Below are positions 61,821-64,000 of a stretch of 64,000 nucleotides of DNA, in pieces (positions within the stretch are counted from its first letter, which is position 1; each line of letters begins with the position of its first letter). Source of the stretch: a bacterium (GTDB lineage Bacteria; ARS69); assembly GCA_046330135.1 (NCBI GenBank), contig JAXLTI010000004.1, positions 1,174,394 to 1,238,393 of the forward strand, given 5' to 3'. Below the pieces are notes generated by a model. The model had not been told where the DNA came from and did no database searches. It saw nothing but the letters and a program-made list of their open reading frames with translations. The position numbers were made by a program, and so were the translations under genes.

Positions 61821-62947
61821 CCACCGCTCGCAACCTGCGCATCCTCCTGGGGCTGGGCGCCGCGCTCGCGTCGGCGGCGTGCGGGCACGACGACGGACCC
61901 ACGGCGCCGCCGCACTTCACGGAGCCCGCCGCGCTGGTCGGGGGCTACGCGACGGCCTTCACGGCGCGAAACGCCGGCGCATGCGTGGATCTGCTCGAGG
62001 CCGCGAGCGGTACGAGCGGCGGCTTCCGTTTCTTCCCGAAGAGCGAGGATCTTCCGGCCTTGGATTGGCTCGCCGGCGACAGCTGGGGCTACGAGCGCGA
62101 GGGAGGGATCCTCTCCAACATGCTCGACCGGACCTACGTGAGCGAGGCGGCGGCCGCCGCCGGGTTCACCGGCGTGGGCACGCTGACGCTCGAGACGGAC
62201 TCGACCACCCCGCTCGCGGGGCACGAGTACGACGTCCTCGCCTCGGGGACTTTCGCGATGAAGCGCGCCGCCCTTGCCGACGTTCTCTATCCCGTCGGGC
62301 TGCGCTTCGTGCTGGCGACGTCGACGGACGGCACCCTCGTGATCCGCGAGATGCACGAGCTGTCCATGGGGATGGACCGCTCGCCGGGCGCGCTGAGCTG
62401 GGGGACGGTGCAGAGCTGGTACCGCGAGCCGCCGCCGCGGTACACGGATCCGACCGCGCTGATCGCGGCGCACGCCGCCGCGCTCACGGATCGCGACCTC
62501 GAAGACTACGCGAGCCTCCTCGACGGCAGCTTCCAGTACTTCCCGCAGCCCCAAGACCTCAGCGATCTTCCGTGGATGACGGGCTCGTCGTGGGGGCGCT
62601 CGGACGAGCTTGAGATGATCCGCCACATGTTCGACCCGAGCTACGAGCCCATGGGCTCCCACGCGGGGAGCATCGACTCGATCCACGCGACCTTCCAGGT
62701 TCTCCACGTCCAGCCGGACTCCATCCTCGGTGGGACCCAGGTCTCGACGAGCGCCGTTCTTCAGGTGATGTACGACGCGTCGAGCGGCGCGGCGGCCAAT
62801 GTCCGATTCGACTTCCACCTCGTGTCGCACGACGGGCATCTCCTCATCTCGGAGATCCGCGAGCTGCCGCTCCACGCGCCGGCCCGTGACGAGTTGCCGG
62901 TCGAGCCGCAGACCTGGGCGAACATCAAGGCGCTGTACCGAGAGTGA
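61817..62947 (+). CDS. Lipoprotein, array member 3 (two tandem domains)
   Basis: Lipobox SAAC; core motif twice; internal SWGTVQSWYR and terminal VEPQTWANIKALYRE. Confidence 0.88.
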   Translation: MTTARNLRILLGLGAALASAACGHDDGPTAPPHFTEPAALVGGYATAFTARNAGACVDLLEAASGTSGGFRFFPKSEDLPALDWLAGDSWGYEREGGILSNMLDRTYVSEAAAAAGFTGVGTLTLETDSTTPLAGHEYDVLASGTFAMKRAALADVLYPVGLRFVLATSTDGTLVIREMHELSMGMDRSPGALSWGTVQSWYREPPPRYTDPTALIAAHAAALTDRDLEDYASLLDGSFQYFPQPQDLSDLPWMTGSSWGRSDELEMIRHMFDPSYEPMGSHAGSIDSIHATFQVLHVQPDSILGGTQVSTSAVLQVMYDASSGAAANVRFDFHLVSHDGHLLISEIRELPLHAPARDELPVEPQTWANIKALYRE

Positions 62948-62991
62948 CGGGCGTCGCCGAGCCGGAGTGCAGTGAACAGGAGGCAACCCAT

Positions 62992-63615
62992 ATGACCACC
63001 CCTCGTACCCTGAGTCTCTTCCTGGGGCTGACTGCCGCGCTCGCGTTGGCGGCATGTCACGACGACACCTCGACCGGTCCTCCGACCCACTCCGGTCCGC
63101 CGAGGTACAACAATCCGAACGCGTTGATCGACGCGCACGCGTCGGCGCTCACCAACCGCGATCTCGCGGCCTACACGAACCTCCTCGACGAGGGCTTCCA
63201 GTACTTCCCGCAATCGGAAGACCTCGCGGACTTGACTTGGCTGACGGGCGACTCCTGGGGACGAGCGGACGAGCTGGGGATGATCGGCCACATGTTCGAC
63301 CCGGACTTCCAACCTGCCTCGGGCATGCATGCGGGGAGCGTCGACTCGATCGACGCGACCCTCACCGTCGTGACGGTCCAGCCGGCGCCCACCGGCGTCG
63401 GGTACGTGGTCACGACGCACGCCGTGATCCGAGTGATGTACGACGCCTCGAACGGCGCCGCGACCGACGTCCGGCTCGAGTTCCACCTCGTGCCGCACGA
63501 CGGGTACTTCCTCATCTCGGAGATCCACGAGATGCCGCTTCACGCGCCGGCGCTGTCCGGGATGCGGGCGGTCGAGCCGTCCTCCTGGGGGCAAGTCAAG
63601 TCGCTGTACCGCTAG
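62992..63615 (+). CDS. Lipoprotein, array member 4
   Basis: AGGAGG RBS; lipobox LAAC; close to domain 2 of member 3; tail VEPSSWGQVKSLYR. Confidence 0.88.
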   Translation: MTTPRTLSLFLGLTAALALAACHDDTSTGPPTHSGPPRYNNPNALIDAHASALTNRDLAAYTNLLDEGFQYFPQSEDLADLTWLTGDSWGRADELGMIGHMFDPDFQPASGMHAGSVDSIDATLTVVTVQPAPTGVGYVVTTHAVIRVMYDASNGAATDVRLEFHLVPHDGYFLISEIHEMPLHAPALSGMRAVEPSSWGQVKSLYR

Positions 63616-63635
63616 GCATGCGCGAGGGTCCGGCC

Positions 63636-63910
63636 ATGACCGACGCCAGACGGCTGGGCCACTTCCTGGGATGGAGCGCCGCGCTCGTGCTGACGGCGTG
63701 TCGGTGGCGGCCGACCGCTCTTCTCCTCCGCCGAGTTTCGCGACGGTGCAGGCCTGGTACCGTCACCCTCCGCGGAGGTACTCCGATCCGAACGCGCTGA
63801 TCGACGCGCACGCGTTTGCCCTCACGAACAAGATGTTCGACGAATACGTAGGCCTCCTCGACCCGTCCTTCGCGTACTTCCCGCCGCCCTGGGACGTCCC
63901 GGATCTCCCC
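63636..63910 (+). pseudogene. Degraded fifth member of the lipoprotein array
   Basis: Signal and lipobox (LTAC) in one frame; SFATVQAWYRHPPRRYSDPNALIDAHAFALTNK..YVGLLD.SF.YFP..DLP in another; similarity ends near 63910. Confidence 0.75.
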
Positions 63911-64000
63911 GTCCGGCTCGCCTTGCGCACGCACGGCCGCCGGCGTTCGCGTCTCGACGGGCGGTGTGCCCCGGCGCCCCGAAAGGCCAAACCCTTGCTA

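Overview
High-GC (roughly 70% by eye) bacterial chromosomal window with about 60 credible protein genes. I found no rRNA, tRNA, CRISPR array or transposase/integrase. Housekeeping blocks: a complete F0F1 ATP synthase operon (atpZ/I-B-E-F-H-A-G-D-C, minus strand), thiC, iscS, msrP, an ars cluster (arsR-arsC-acr3-arsP-arsE-arsF-arsG), a wzz-wzy-GT4 mini-operon and a translationally coupled M16 peptidase/GT-C/SGNH/GT-C operon. Secreted proteins ending in FlgD-Ig/T9SS-like C-terminal domains suggest an FCB-group organism such as Latescibacterota or Eisenbacteria (inference only). The most notable signal is a modular secreted-protein system. (i) A short C-terminal tail, VEPx[STN]W[GA]x[IVL]KxxYR, ends two unrelated kinds of exported protein: a small stand-alone protein at 57239 and a tandem array of lipoproteins at 60607-63615. 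Its Lys becomes Gln where the tail is internal. (ii) An unassigned 145-aa six-Cys domain occurs alone with that tail (57239), fused to cohesin-dockerin-cohesin-FlgD (4230, 81% identical) and embedded in a large FlgD-tailed protein (34390). A second candidate novel system is a stand-alone C39 peptidase translationally coupled to a 74-aa Gly-Gly/Cys peptide (47690-48411). Family names come from motif recognition, not database searches.
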